Assembly (NCBI GenBank): GCA_002269645.1
Contig: NIVC01003398.1
Span: forward strand, 1 to 64,000
Source of the DNA: Macrostomum lignano
Lineage: Eukaryota
Length of the DNA: 64,000 nt
Direction of reading: 5' to 3'
Position 1 is the first letter of the stretch, and each line of letters begins with the position of its first letter. Positions 14,321-27,935 of this stretch are shown piece by piece. Under the pieces are notes generated by a model. That model was given only the letters and a program-made list of their open reading frames with translations, searched no databases and was not told where the DNA came from. A program made the position numbers and the translations under genes.

Positions 14321-17300
14321 AGAATATGATAAATAAGACTAGAAATTGCAAAAAGGCTGCTAGAAATGAGCTGCATGTACAGGAAAACACTTCGTTTAGT
14401 GTGGTATTAAAAGCATAAGAAAGCTTATCAAAACGGTGCAAAATTTATGGAAGCTAATCGCATCGTGGAAACTCAATGGAAGCTAATCGGAACTACGGAA
14501 ACTAAAAGCCACTCAGCAATTCAGCCTCTCTGTGGGTTCAGCTTGAAAGCAGGTTGATCCTAGAGAGGCTGGAGTCATTGCTAAATTAAATTTTCGCATA
14601 TCGTTAACTCGACTTGTTTTCCTTACAACTCCTGTGTCTCTTTGAAGCCTTTAAACTATTGTATTCGAATATATAGGCCTTGACGTGAGCATGACACTTC
14701 TCGATCCTGGGGTGTATGAGCTAACATGGAGACTTAGTTTGAGCAGCTTTGGGAAAACTACTATAGGATTTCCTGATGCGGAAGAGTCTGACTCTCTCAG
14801 TTTGAGGAATTACTTCTTTTTCTGTGCGGGCTGTGCAGATTCTCGGATCGATTGGCAGACGCTCTTGAAGCATTCGCGTAGCCCATTGTCTGTCACTGTC
14901 TCTGTGAACCTTCTCGTTTTCATGGATGACTTGACCCTCCTTATTTTGCATCATTAAGCCCGATTTTGTTTCATTTCTCTTCACCGTGGCTCTCAGTATC
15001 TTCTTTCTAGGGGTCGCCTGTCCCCTAGACTTCATTTAGCCACAAACTGTGTTTACGAGTCAACAGGATGTAAGAAAAAGTCTAGCAACCTGTGCAACAA
15101 CAGTCAGGATGTTTTTTGCTGTTTTGATACTGTCGGCTTAACATTTCTGTTGCTTTAGCTGTTGCAGCCTTTTATTCTAATTAAAATGTTGAAAACACGT
15201 GATGAAACTGATTCACGAGAATAGATATTGTTATGCCGGGGTGCACTTGCACTGGTGAGCGATCTTGGACTCTCAGGCAGGTGGGCCCGGCGCTGCACTT
15301 TCCCCCCCCCCCTAAAGTGTTTGTGCCCTTTTTCTGCCTATGCCAAACCCCCGTGCAGTTGTTTTCGCCCCCGTTCCAGGGTGTGTACATCCTCCCCCTG
15401 CCCCGCGTTATCTGCGCCAACCCCCCATTCTTTTGATTGGCTGATTTTGTTACATATTGCATTTTGGACCCCTCTGGCGTGTCGCGATTGGTTTGGGGTG
15501 GATTGTTTGTGCTAATGCTGTCTGGCGTGGGACCCTAGGGCTTACGCCAGGCAGTCTAAATATAATGAGAATCGCTGGCGGTGAGCAGGGGGCGCGCGGT
15601 CTTGCAACTTAAATTAGACCTTTAAACAGAATACTGACTACCGAAAACTATCTACTTAGCTAATTGATGTAATCACGCTCTGGTCGCGGGATAGGGCAAG
15701 GGAACCGTAAATCACCGTGAACCCTCCTGAGCAGAGCCGTCGAGACTGCGCCAGGTCTTTGACCAGGCCTGCTGACTCCCGCTCTGCTGCACCCCCTGCT
15801 GCCTCGGTTCCGTCTCCCGGGCCGCCACACATGCCTTTCTGGAGCTCCCTGTCCCTCTCTGTACCTCCCCCTCTACCCTATCTCCTATGCGCTCTACCCT
15901 ATTCGTTATGTACTTCTCCGGTCCCCCATCTTTTTGTCTCTTTTTGCACTATTTTCCTGCGCTGTTCCTCCTTTCTCAGTGTCTACTTACAGTACTTTGT
16001 GCGCTCACCGTCACCCCATCCCTTATTAAACTCCCAAACGGTGACGCAAGTCTTGTGACCCCTCTTTCCCTTCGATGACTCATCGATGACTCATCACCCT
16101 CTCTTGCGCAACCTTTTCTCATGCCATTGTTCTCCTCCCCAAATTTCTCATGCGACACCCGCCCCACTTCCGCTTCTATTGTTCTCGTTTTTGCTTCTTT
16201 TGTTCTCTCGAGCCCCACCAATTATCACATTTTCTCCAATTTTCTCTTTCTATTGTTCTCTTTTCGCACCTAATTATCACCTTTTCCCCAATGTTTGCTT
16301 TTCTATTGTTCTCGATTCTCCCCAATTATCCCCGTTTTCCATTTCCTTTGTCCTCGACCCCAGCCCCATTGTTCTCAGTGTTTGCTTGCGCAACACTTTC
16401 TCGACCTCCCGCTGCGCCAATTATCCCACACCCCACCTCCGGATTGCGCAATTTTCCCATTTCTCATGTTGCTAGGCCGTTCTCATGCTTCTCATCGTGA
16501 CTCCCCATAATGAATAGGGCCTAATCATTATGACGTCATTCTGCCGGCAGCCAATCAGAGAGAGGGAGTCATGGAAACGACCTTGGAGCGGCGGCTGGGA
16601 AGGCTAAATAAGGAAGCGGTTTTCGGCATGAGAATCCTCAAAAGGCTATTGTCTTGTCCCTATTGTGGACTTGCTGTCAGACCTCGATCTGACCCATTCG
16701 TCTATAGGACGAACCTCTGCCGGTCCGCGGTCTGTCACCGCCAATCATCTTCAACATCGCCTGAACTACATCAGCGCCTCGTCGCTTCAGCGCATCGCCG
16801 CTTCACTTCCTGCCCGACTGCAGCCAACAGCCGCCCACGGTCACTCCGTCTCTCTCTCTCTCTCTGTGCAGCTGCCGGTAAGTTCCTATTACTAATTTGT
16901 GCTCTGATTGCCTTTGCTTATCCGGGGTTCGCCTATTTTCCATTGCTTAATTTGAGAGCTGAGCCAATCGTGATACCGTATCTTTTGCTGTATTTATTCA
17001 ATTAATAGTGAAGCCGCCTAATTGCCTGATTATTTTGCCTAAGGGCCTAATTACTAACCATTACTAAACTCCTCATTATTCACTCTTTCACCATAATTTC
17101 ATTCATGGCTTGCTAAGCCTTTCTCCCTGGGTGGCAAAGCATAAGGGATTTTTGGTAAGCAAATGGCCTCTCCCCGTGCAAAGCCCGCCTGTGAGTGCGT
17201 GCTGCGGGTCCGAGTGTGCGTGCAGTAGAGGGGATAGCGAGTCTTGGCACAGAATGGCAGTAGGAAGGTTGCAACCCCATGCTGACGCGTCCCTTCGCCC

Positions 17301-18144
17301 TGAGCAATCTAAACTATAGACAGTTCATGTTCGCCTACACTACTCTTAGTAATTCAAGCCGCAAGTCAGCCTCGCTCACAGCCACAAAGGATCCCCTGCT
17401 GAGAAATCCTCCGGATTGAGCCCAGAGTTCCCGATCATGCCCCAAGCAGAGTCCCTGTACTCGGCTGCATGTGTCTCCCCTGTTAGCCTAAATCCCCTGG
17501 TAACCAATCCAGGCGGGGCTCTAGCCTCGAGAGGTCTGGTAGTAAGATCTAGGTGCGCCAGGTCACAAAGAGTGGTGGCAGCCACTCGGTCATACTATGA
17601 CCGAGTGACCAACTACTGCACCTTGGCTACATGGTGGTCCTTGGCCCTCTGGTCACGAAGCGCTACCAAAGCTATCAATCATGTGGGCGGGACAGTCTGG
17701 TGCTGGAGGTCCGTCAGGTCATTGCCCAGTCATAGGCAGCCTACGGTCATTGCCCCCCTCTGGTCCTGCGTTCGTCTCCCAGCGGAGCGGACAGGCGACA
17801 GGCGGTTACATCATAATCACGCCACCTGCTCTCCGCTGAGTCGTTCATACACTGAGTTGATCATCGCCAGTAAGTTTGCGTGTTTGAGTTACTACTTTCA
17901 GAATTGTACTGAACTTGGGAACAGTGTTTGGGAAGTTTAGGGACGGACTGTCGACGCTTCTTGACGCGACCTCCGCTCAGAACCGAAGCTCAGTCCGGCC
18001 AGCGGACTGAAGCGAACTCGAGCTCGCCCGCTGCAGGAGTTCTCTTAATTAAATCAGACGGCCCGACACAACAATATTGTCAATTGTAGAGCTTCTGTCG
18101 AATGAATTTACAGGCTTTTAGATTGGCCCAGGTGCGTATTCTAT

Positions 18145-18760
18145 AGTAGAGAGTGGCTTGTTGAGCGAGTGTACATTCTGGGGTATGGAGGAGTGGCTTG
18201 TTGAGCGAGTGTACATTCTGGGGTAGAGAGTGGCTTGTAGGTCGAGTGTACATTCTGGGGTAGGGAGGAGTGGCTTGTCGAACGAGTGTACATTCTGGGG
18301 TAGGGAGGAGTGGCTTGTCGAACGAGTGTAGATTCTGGGGTAGGGAGGAGTGGCTTGTCGAACGAGTGTACATCTGAGGTATGGAGGAGTGGCTTGTCGA
18401 ACGAGTGTACATTCTGGGGTAGAGAGTGGCTTGTCGAGCGAGTGTACATTCTAGGACAGGGAGTGGCTTGTCGAGTGAGTGTGCACTCTGGGGTACCGGT
18501 AGAGAGTGGCTTGTCGGGCGAGTGTACATTCTGGGGTATGGAGGAGTGGCTTGTCGAACGAGTGTACATTCTGGGGTAGGGAGTGGCTTGTCGAGCGAGT
18601 GTACGTTCTGGGGTATGGACGAGTGGCTTGTCGAACAAGTGTACATTCTGGGGTAGAGAGTGGCTTGCCGGGCGAGTGTACATTCTGGGGTAGGGAGTAG
18701 CTTGTCGAACGAGTGTACATTCTGGGGTAGGGAGTGGCTTGTCAAGCGAGTGTACATTCT
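18145..18760. repeat. 37-40 bp minisatellite gagtggcttgtcgaacgagtgtacattctggggtagg
   Basis: About 16 diverged copies. Confidence 0.92.
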
Positions 18761-19369
18761 GGAGAATAGAGAGATTAGGAGCATATTCAAAACTGAGAAA
18801 TTCTGTGGGTCATGCAGGCAGGAATCCCTAGTATAGTATATTCCTACTATATCAAATTGGCACTGCAAAAAAGGAAGTACTTTTCCTATTCATTCGTGAC
18901 CGCATACGAATTTCTAAATCTCTGCTTTAATTCACTTGCTAGTAAATTTTTTCTTTTCAGCAAAATAGTATCCTCTTTCACTGGCCCATTTGGATTCGAA
19001 ATGCTCCTGGAATTTGAGTGAATTCTGACATTCAGTTGCACGCGCTGTCAACTCTCATTGGTGAAGAGTGAGCGAAAGACGGAACTACCGAACGATACAG
19101 TTCTTGACTGGAATTCAAAGAAAACTTCAAATTTTCCGTGGCACGGGGTGAAGTGCAGCTGACAGTGTTGGTTCAAGGAATGAAAAAAGAAGGGAACAGA
19201 AAGAAAAACTGAGGAAAGCGCAGAGGTTGTCTATTTTTCTTGTCAAATAGGTCAGCTACTTTAACCTGAATCCGCTAGAGGGAGCTAGCTCTGATTCCAC
19301 TCAGTCTTAAGTTTTTTCGTGACTCTGGATTATGGGGCGAATACATAGGTTGCAGACCAATCTACTTTT

Positions 19370-20415
19370 ATCTATGGCTGAAAACCGCTCTGTTTGTCCA
19401 TGGCTGTAAACCATTAGTCTATGGCTGTAAACCATTAGTCTATGGCTGTAAACCATTAGTCTATGGCTGTAAACCATTAGTCTATGGCTGTAAACCATTT
19501 GTCTATGGCAGTAAACCATTTGTCTATGGCTGTAAACCATTAGTCTATGGCTGTAAACCATTTGTCTATGGCTGTAAACCATTAGTCTATGGCTGTAAAC
19601 CATTTGTCTATGGCTGTAAACCATTAGTCTATGGCTGTAAACCATTTGTCTATGGCTGTAAACCATTAGTCTATGGCTGTAAACCATTAGTCTATGGCTG
19701 TAAACCATTAGTCTATGGCTGTAAACCATTAGTCTATGGCTGTAAACCATTAGTCTATGGCTGTAAACCATTTGTCTATGGCTGTAAACCATTAGTCTAT
19801 GGCTGTAAACTATTAGTCTATGGCTGTAAACCATTAGTCTATGGCTGTAAACTATTAGTCTATGGCTCTAAACAATTTGTCTATGGCTGTAAACCATTAA
19901 TCTATGGCTGTAAACCATTTGTCTATGGCTGTAACCATTTGTCTATGGCTAGCTGCAAACCATTTGTCTATGGCTGTAAACCATTTGTCTATGGCTAGCT
20001 GCAAACCATTTGTCTATGGCTGTAAACCATTTGTCTATGGCTAGCTGCAAACCATTTGTCTATGTCTGTAAACCATTTGTCTATGGCTAACTGTAAACTA
20101 TTAGTCTATGGCTGTAAACCATTTGTCTATGGCTGTAAACCATCTGTCTATGACTGTAAAACATTTGTCTATGGCTGTAAACCATTTGTCTATGGCTGTA
20201 AACCATCTGTCTATGACTGTAAAACATTTGTCTATGGCTGTAAACCATTTGTCTATGGCTGTAAACCATTTGTCTATGGCTGTAAACCATTAGTCTATGG
20301 CTGTAAACCATTTGTCTATGGCTGTAAACCATTAGTCTATGGCTGTAAACCATTTGTCTATGGCTGTAAACCATTAGTCTATGACTGTAAACCATCTGTC
20401 TATGACTGTAAACCA
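19370..20415. repeat. 21-bp minisatellite tctatggctgtaaaccatt(a/t)g next to the GPCR donor
   Basis: About 50 copies, ending about 13 nt from the exon. Confidence 0.97.
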
Positions 20416-20427
20416 CCCCAGCCTCAC

Positions 20428-20764
20428 CAGTAAGCATATCCATCAGCGCCATCGCCAGCAGGATAATATTTGTCGGCGACACCATGTGCTTCCTTGTGAG
20501 CACTACACAGATAGTAATATTGGTGAGCACAGTAAGCACAATCACTGGCGGGGCCAGATAGCGGGTTAGCAGCACTCTGAGCACGTCTCGATTGGTTCGA
20601 TTCTGCCAGGCCGACCCGCGCGGCAGCTCGTGCTCAAGAGTGCAAAAGTCCACGGCGGAAATGTTCACAACCTGCTCAGAGCCCAGAGTCCACACTCGAT
20701 ACTCGGGCAGCTCCTCGTCTCCTAGAGAGTCCAGGCACGCGCAGACTGGATGGCAGTGGGTCAT
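20428..20764 (-). CDS. Same GPCR, coding exon 1: N-terminus, TM1, TM2 start
   Basis: ATG at 20764. Reads YLAPPVIVLTVLTNITICVVLTRKHMVSPTNIILLAMALMDMLT, then donor G|gtgagg at 20427. Joins exon 2 in frame across a 9,935-nt intron (1,377 nt total, 458 aa). A strong acceptor ctcttctcttccgcag| at 20839/20838 implies a further upstream exon, probably 5' UTR. Confidence 0.9.
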
Positions 20765-20949
20765 ACTTCTGCTTCTTCTGCTTCTTCTTCTTGTGTCCGC
20801 AGCTTTTTTTCCGGCTCTTCTACACTTTGAGGTTTCTTCTGCGGAAGAGAAGAGTGATCATAAAATCTGTAAATTACCTGATGGTTACCTGGTAAACTAA
20901 CAGGCAATGGTGCTGTATAATAACAGGTAGTAATAGTTTTTAACAGGGA

Positions 20950-22620
20950 ACTTTTGCCTAACAGGTGATGCCCCAGTCTAACAGGTGATGCCCCAGTCTA
21001 ACAGGTGATGCATCAATCTAACAGGTGATGCCCCAGTCTAACAGGTAATGCTCCAGTCTAACAGTTGATGCCCCAGTCTAACAGGTGATGCCCCAGTCTA
21101 ACAGGTGATGCCCCAGTCTAACAGGTGATGCACCAATCTAACAGGTGATGCCCCAGTCTAACAGGTGATGTCCCAGTCTAACAGGTGATGCCCCAGTCTA
21201 ACAGGTGATGCCCCAGTCTAACAGGTGATGCACCAATCTAACAGGTGATGCCCCAGTCTAACAGGTGATGCCCCAGTCTAACAGGTGATGCACCAATCTA
21301 ACAGGTGATGCCCCAGTCTAACAGGTAATGCCCCAGTCTAACAGGTGATGCCCCAGTCTAACAGGTGATGCATCAATCTAACAGGTGATGCCCCAGTCTA
21401 ACAGGTGATGCCCCAGTCTAACAGGTGATGCCCCAGTCTAACAGGTGATGTCCCAGTCTAACAGGTAATGCTCCAGTCTAACAGGTAATGCCCCAGTTTA
21501 ACAGGTGATGCCCCAGTCTAACAGGTAATGCTCCAGTTTAACAGGTGATGCATCAATCTAACAGGTAATGCTCCAGTCTAACAGGTAATGCTCCAGTCTA
21601 ATAGTTGATGCCCCAGTCTAACAGGTGATGTCCCAGTCTAACAGGTGATGCCCCAGTCTAACAGTTGATGCCCCAGTCTAACAGGTAATGCCCCAGTCTA
21701 ACAGGTGATGCCCCAGTCTAACAGGTGATGCCCCAGTCTAACAGGTGATGCCCCAGTCTAACAGGTGATGCCCCAGTCTAACAGGTGATGCCCCAGTCTA
21801 ACAGGTGATGCCCCAGTCTAACAGGTGATGCCCCAGTCTAACAGGTGATGCCCCAGTCTAACAGGTGATGCCCCAGTCTAACAGGTGATGCCCCAGTCTA
21901 ACAGGTGATGCCCCAGTCTAACAGGTAATGCCCCAGTCTAACAGGTGATGCATCAATCTAACAGGTGATGCCCCAGTCTAACAGGTAATGCCCCAGTCTA
22001 ACAGGTGATGCCCCAGTCTAACAGGTGATGCCCCAGTCTAACAGGTGATGCCCCAGTCTAACAGGTAATGCTCCAGTCTAACAGGTGATGCCCCAGTCTA
22101 ACAGGTGATGCCCCAGTCTAACAGGTGATGCCCCAGTCTAACAGGTGATGCCCCAGTCTAACAGGTAATGCTCCAGTCTAACAGGTGATGCCCCAGTCTA
22201 ACAGGTGATGCCCCAGTCTAACAGGTAATGCTCCAGTCTAACAGGTGATGCCCCAGTCTAACAGGTGATGCCCCAGTCTAACAGGTGATGCCCCAGTCTA
22301 ACAGGTAATGCCCCAGTCTAACAGGTGATGCATCAATCTAACAGGTGATGCCCCAGTCTAACAGGTAATGCCCCAGTCTAACAGGTGATGCCCCAGTCTA
22401 ACAGGTGATGCCCCAGTCTAACAGGTGATGCCCCAGTCTAACAGGTAATGCTCCAGTCTAACAGGTGATGCCCCAGTCTAACAGGTGATGCCCCAGTCTA
22501 ACAGGTGATGCCCCAGTCTAACAGGTGATGCCCCAGTCTAACAGGTAATGCTCCAGTCTAACAGGTGATGCCCCAGTCTAACAGGTGATGCCCCAGTCTA
22601 ACAGGTGATGCACCAATCTA
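20950..22620. repeat. 20-bp minisatellite ctaacaggtgatgccccagt
   Basis: About 83 copies, period 20. Variants gtaatgctcc and gcatcaat. Confidence 0.98.
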
Positions 22621-23519
22621 ACGGACAGTTTTATCTTTATCAAGAAACTACATAAGGTATGCGGTAAAATTCCTGCTTTCAATTGATTTATTGAGGCGCA
22701 TTGCTAGATGACAAAAAACCGGTTTGAAAATCGATTTCTGACCTGGCTCAGACAGAGGATTGATCACTGAATTAGAAGCAGAGCTTGGGTTTCGCTCCAG
22801 TGAATCGATGCGTGAAACTGGAACCTCCCTTAGTTGAAGTCACTAATCACCTGTGCAGAATACTGTGGGATATTCTTCCTGCTCTATACTTGAAATTCTC
22901 ATTCTTCAATGAAGTGGGAAGATTCTAGTGGGGTTGGGCATTGGGAACTGCCCCCCATGTGTTGCTATGCAGAGGCATGCGCTCAGGTGAGCTGCACTGT
23001 TAATATTATACTGGGATTGGGGGAATACTTTGACAGCTTGAGCAAGAAAAGAAGGGAGAGAGAGTCAGGATCAGACCAAAGTGAGGGTTTCCCCACAGCC
23101 CAAAAATATCAATCACTTTTGTCATTCTCTATCCAGACCTGCTGCTCAACCCGCCGCTAATATCGGCTGGAGACCAGGTATTGAACCAGGAGAGCCATTA
23201 ATTATGCTCAGAATAGAGAAGGGGCAACCCGGGAGAAACTGAGATCATACGTAATAAAGCGGCTTTGAGCACCCGGACTCTCTTCTTCGTACTGGGATAT
23301 CTTTTTAGAGGCTGAAAGGGCCGCTGATTTCTATGCAGCTTGTCCTCACGTGACCCTCCTCGCCTGCTCAACTCTGGAACCCCAGGCTCAAGGGAATATG
23401 ATTCGGGTCAGAAAATATTAGGGAAAACAAGATGGCGCATCTCATATCTAATAGCGGCCCACTGTGACTCGTGACTGCATCAATGCAACCTGCGCTATGC
23501 GCGACAAAGCCTAGATCTC

Positions 23520-25278
23520 AGATCCTCAGACATAATCACCACACTCCCAGATCCTCAGACTCCCAGATCCTCAGACTGAGTAGCCACACTCCCAGAACCT
23601 CAGACTGAGCAGCCACTCTCCCAGATACTCAGACTGAGTAGCCACACTCCCAGATCCTCAGACTGAGTAGCCAAACTCCCAGATACTCAGACTGAGCAGC
23701 CACACTCCCAGATCCTCAGACTCCCAGATACTCAGACTGAGTAGCCACACTCCCAGATACTCAGACTGAGCAGCCACACTCCCAGACCCCCAGACTGAGT
23801 AGCCACTCTCCCAGATCCTCAGACTGAGCAGCCACTCTCCCAGATACTCAGACTGAGCAGCCACACTCCCAGATCCTCAGACTGAGCAGCCACACTCCCA
23901 GATCCTCAGACTAAGCAGCCACACTCCCAGATACTCAGACTGAGCAGCCACACCCCCAGATACTCAACTCAGACTGAGTAGCCACACTCCCAGACCCTCA
24001 GACTGAGTAGCCACACTCCCAGACCCTCAGACTGAGTAGCCACACTCCCAGATCCTCAGACTGAGTAGCCACACTCCCAGACCCTCAGACTGAGTAGCCA
24101 CACTCCCAGACCCTCAGACTGAGTAGCCACACTCCCAGACCCTCAGACTGAGTAGCCACACTCCCAGATCCTCAGACTGAGTAGCCACACTCCCAGACCC
24201 TCAGACTGAGTAGCCACACTCCCAGACCCTCAGACTGAGTAGCCACACTCCCAGATCCTCAGACTGAGTAGCCACACTCCCAGACCCTCAGACTGAGTAG
24301 CCACACTCCCAGACCCTCAGACTGAGTAGCCACACTCCCAGACCCTCAGACTGAGTAGCCACACTCCCAGATCCTCAGACTGAGTAGCCACACTCCCAGA
24401 CCCTCAGACTGAGTAGCCACACTCCCAGACCCTCAGACTGAGTAGCCACACTCCCAGACCCTCAGACTGAGTAGCCACACTCCCAGACCCTCAGACTGAG
24501 TAGCCACACTCCCAGACCCTCAGACTGAGTAGCCACACTCCCAGATCCTCAGACTGAGTAGCCACACTCCCAGACCCTCAGACTGAGTAGCCACACTCCC
24601 AGACCCTCAGACTGAGTAGCCACACTCCCAGATCCTCAGACTGAGTAGCCACACTCCCAGACCCTCAGACTGAGTAGCCACACTCCCAGACCCTCAGACT
24701 GAGTAGCCACACTCCCAGATCCTCAGACTGAGTAGCCACACTCCCAGACCCTCAGACTGAGTAGCCACACTCCCAGACCCTCAGACTGAGTAGCCACACT
24801 CCCAGACCCTCAGACTGAGTAGCCACACTCCCAGACCCTCAGACTGAGTAGCTACACTCCCAGACCCTCAGACTGAGTAGCCACACTCCCAGATCCTCAG
24901 ACTGAGTAGCCACACTCCCAGATACTCAGACTGAGCAGCCACACTCCCAGAACCTCAGACTGAGCAGCCACACTCCCAGATCCTCAGACTGAGTAGCCAC
25001 ACTCCCAGATCCTCAGACTCCCAGATACTCAGACTGAGTAGCCACTCTCCCAGATACTCAGACTGAGCAGCCACACTCCCTGATCCTCAGACTCCCAGAT
25101 ACTCAGACTGAGCAGCCACACTCCCAGAACCTCAGACTGAGCAGCCACACTCCCAGATCCTCAGACTGAGCAGCCACACTCCCAGACCCTCAGACTGAGT
25201 AGCCACACTCCCAGATACTCAGACTGAGTAGTCAAACTCCCAGACCCTCAGACTGAGCAGCCACACTCCCAGATCCTC
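23520..25278. repeat. 29-bp minisatellite ctcagactgagtagccacactcccagacc, block A
   Basis: About 60 copies with a homogeneous core and degenerate edges. Confidence 0.97.
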
Positions 25279-26031
25279 CTGCAGTGCTTAAAGCACCCTG
25301 AATTTAATAAGCGCAGAGTGAAACAATGACAAATTATAAGTGTGATTGTTGTGAACAAGCAGTTCACAAATACTACGCTCAGCTGCTGAGGGGTAAATAA
25401 ATCACCGAGGGTTGAGAAAATCCAATCTCGGAGCAGAAGTTGACCTTGACCTAGATTCGCACCTTGTGCAGGTTCTACGCCTGATTTTGGGCCTACAGGT
25501 GCGCGCGGAAGCTGCCTTATTAAAGCTTGGATTAGCAGATCAATGATGGACAAGCGGCCCGCACTCTGACAGGCTGCTGCCAGATATAGATAACGAAACT
25601 TGCTACGAGAAAAAGTCCAGGTTTTTACACGCTCGACTTTGCTGCTGCCACCTGCTGTGCGCCGTGGGGAGGTTCTTATCGGCTGTGAGAACTAGGCGGG
25701 GGGAGTGGGATCAGACACTGCGACTGGCTATGCATCAAAGATGCTTGAAGGACGCAGCCCCATTAGTGGCAACTGCAGGACACCAGAAGCGGATTAGGGA
25801 GGCCGAGGACTGGGGCAAGACGGACGGCAGAGAGCCTCAGTGACAGAGTTGCTGGAGTGCGAACAGTTTTCAAGCAATAGCAACTGAATAATGAGAGCCA
25901 TTTGTTGCCGAATCGTTCGCCAATGTAATGCAATTTTCTCTCTGCTTCTGCTACAGGACAGGGGGTCGGGGCGGGGGGGTCAAGCGAGGAAATTTCCTTG
26001 CGACGAGAATAGAAAGGCGCAATCGATTGAA

Positions 26032-26045
26032 ATCACCATGGCAAC
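26032..26045. promoter_or_regulatory. X-box-like motif
   Basis: ATCACCATGGCAAC fits RTHNYY-WT-RRNRAC and lies in unique DNA between two satellite blocks. Confidence 0.45.
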
Positions 26046-26489
26046 CAGCTATAATACACGTTTAGCTATGCTTTCTAGCTGTGGCAGTTTAGAAAGTTCA
26101 TTGGCTGAGCAACCGCTGGGATTCAAGTTGAGAAACTTAATAAGAGAGTGGGATATTTTACAAAGAGAATGGTGAGATTCCCGTGATGCCACTGCTCATC
26201 TTTCCGCTTTGAGGTGAGAGCCCCTGTCTGCGAGCTGTTGTACAAATGGTTTGCTAGCTGGTGCGCGACTCCTTTTCCTACTTTTAACTTTTTTTGCTAA
26301 CGACTGCAAAGTTGAAAAAAACGTGACAGCTGGAGGGACAGGCGGGCGTGACATTCGATTGGAACAGAAAACTCCCAGTTTTTTATTATTCAAACTTTTC
26401 CCCTGCTAGCTCATTAGCTATGTGTGTGCTTTGTCCCAGATTCTCATGAGGGCAGAAGCTGTACTTGTAGAACTCTTGCAGTCCGGGTC

Positions 26490-27148
26490 CTCCCAGATCC
26501 TCAGATTCCCAGATCCTCAGACTCCCATATCCTCAGACTCCCAGATTTTCAGACTCCCATATCCTCAGACTCCCAGATCCTCAGACTGAGTAGCTACACT
26601 CCTAGATCCTCAGATTGAGCAGCCACACTCCCAGATCCTCAGACTGAGCAGCCACACTCCCAGATCCCCAGACTGAGCAGCCACACTCCCAGATCCTCAG
26701 ACTGAGCAGCCACACTCCCAGATCCTCAGACTGAGGAGCCACACTCCCAGATCCCCAGACTGAGCAGCCACACTCCCAGATCCCAAGACTGAGCAGCCAC
26801 ACTCCCAGATCCCCAGACTGAGCAGCCACACTCCCAGATCCTCAGACTGAGTAGCCACACTCCCAGATCCTCAGACTGAGGAGCCACACTCCCAGATCCC
26901 CAGACTGAGCAGCCACACTCCCAGATCCCAAGACTGAGCAGCCACACTCCCAGATCCCAAGACTGAGCAGCCACACTCCCAGATCCTCAGACTGAGCAGC
27001 CACACTCCCAGATCCTCAGACTGAGTAGCTACACTCCTAGGGCCTCAGACTGAGTAGCTACACTCCTAGATCCTCAGACTGAGTAGCTACACTCCTAGAT
27101 CCTCAGAATAAGCACTCCCAGATCCTCAGACTCCCAGATCTTCAGACT
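26490..27148. repeat. Same 29-bp minisatellite, block B
   Basis: Same unit and orientation, plus 16-bp subunits ctcagactcccagatc. Confidence 0.95.
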
Positions 27149-27935
27149 CCGCATGTCCGCATGTCGTGGTTCTTGAAAAGTGCAGTTTTTGAGGTTCGAA
27201 CAATTGACGCTGGAGTTCTTAGAAATTCCGGCCATACTTGAAACTTGCGAGTGACAACTGAACAGCGATCGAATGTGCCAGACTGTCTCTCTCTCTCACA
27301 CTGTCATTCACGCTCACCCAGTCTCTGCTTCCCATGTTTTTGCAGATGTCCTGGTAGCAGTTGTGTCTCACAATACTTCATCCCTTCCAACTGTCTAAAA
27401 TACTGTTGCAGAAAATCTGACAGCGGCATCCCAGCGGGATAGCGTGCGACCTGTCACTCAACCCCTGTTGCTACAGGCTGCAGTGACTCGGCCCTTGCAC
27501 TACTAGCTGGGGATTAAAGATTTCGTCGTTTTTAGGATAAAAATCTAGCAGGATGTCTTAGTTGGTTCCAGCAGTTACCGAAACCAATCTATCTGAGGCA
27601 GCATTATCCCACTTCCCATCCTGTTCCTGTCCAGGAAGGCTCCCTCAGACTCATCGCATCGCTCCATCACTGTCCTCAGGGGAGCCTTCAGCCTCTACAG
27701 TGGGCGCTGCTCAAGGCTGAAGGAATGGAATCTGGGCCTTAATTATCAGCATCAGGCTGTGCTCGACGTACAAAGAAAAGTACGAGTTCAAATCAAAGCA
27801 CTGCGATCTCCTAAGCCACAAGTATATCACCAATAAGTCATTTCAGATGAGCTAATTACATTCGAACTTAAAAACATCCTACCTTTTGTTGCCTGTTTCG
27901 ATCTGCAGTCGCTTCTCTGTATCTTAATTGTAATT

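Noticed and set aside
12529-14441. Two Leu/Ser/Pro-rich ORFs of about 610 aa
   Set aside because: Artefacts of the GA/CT low-complexity tract.
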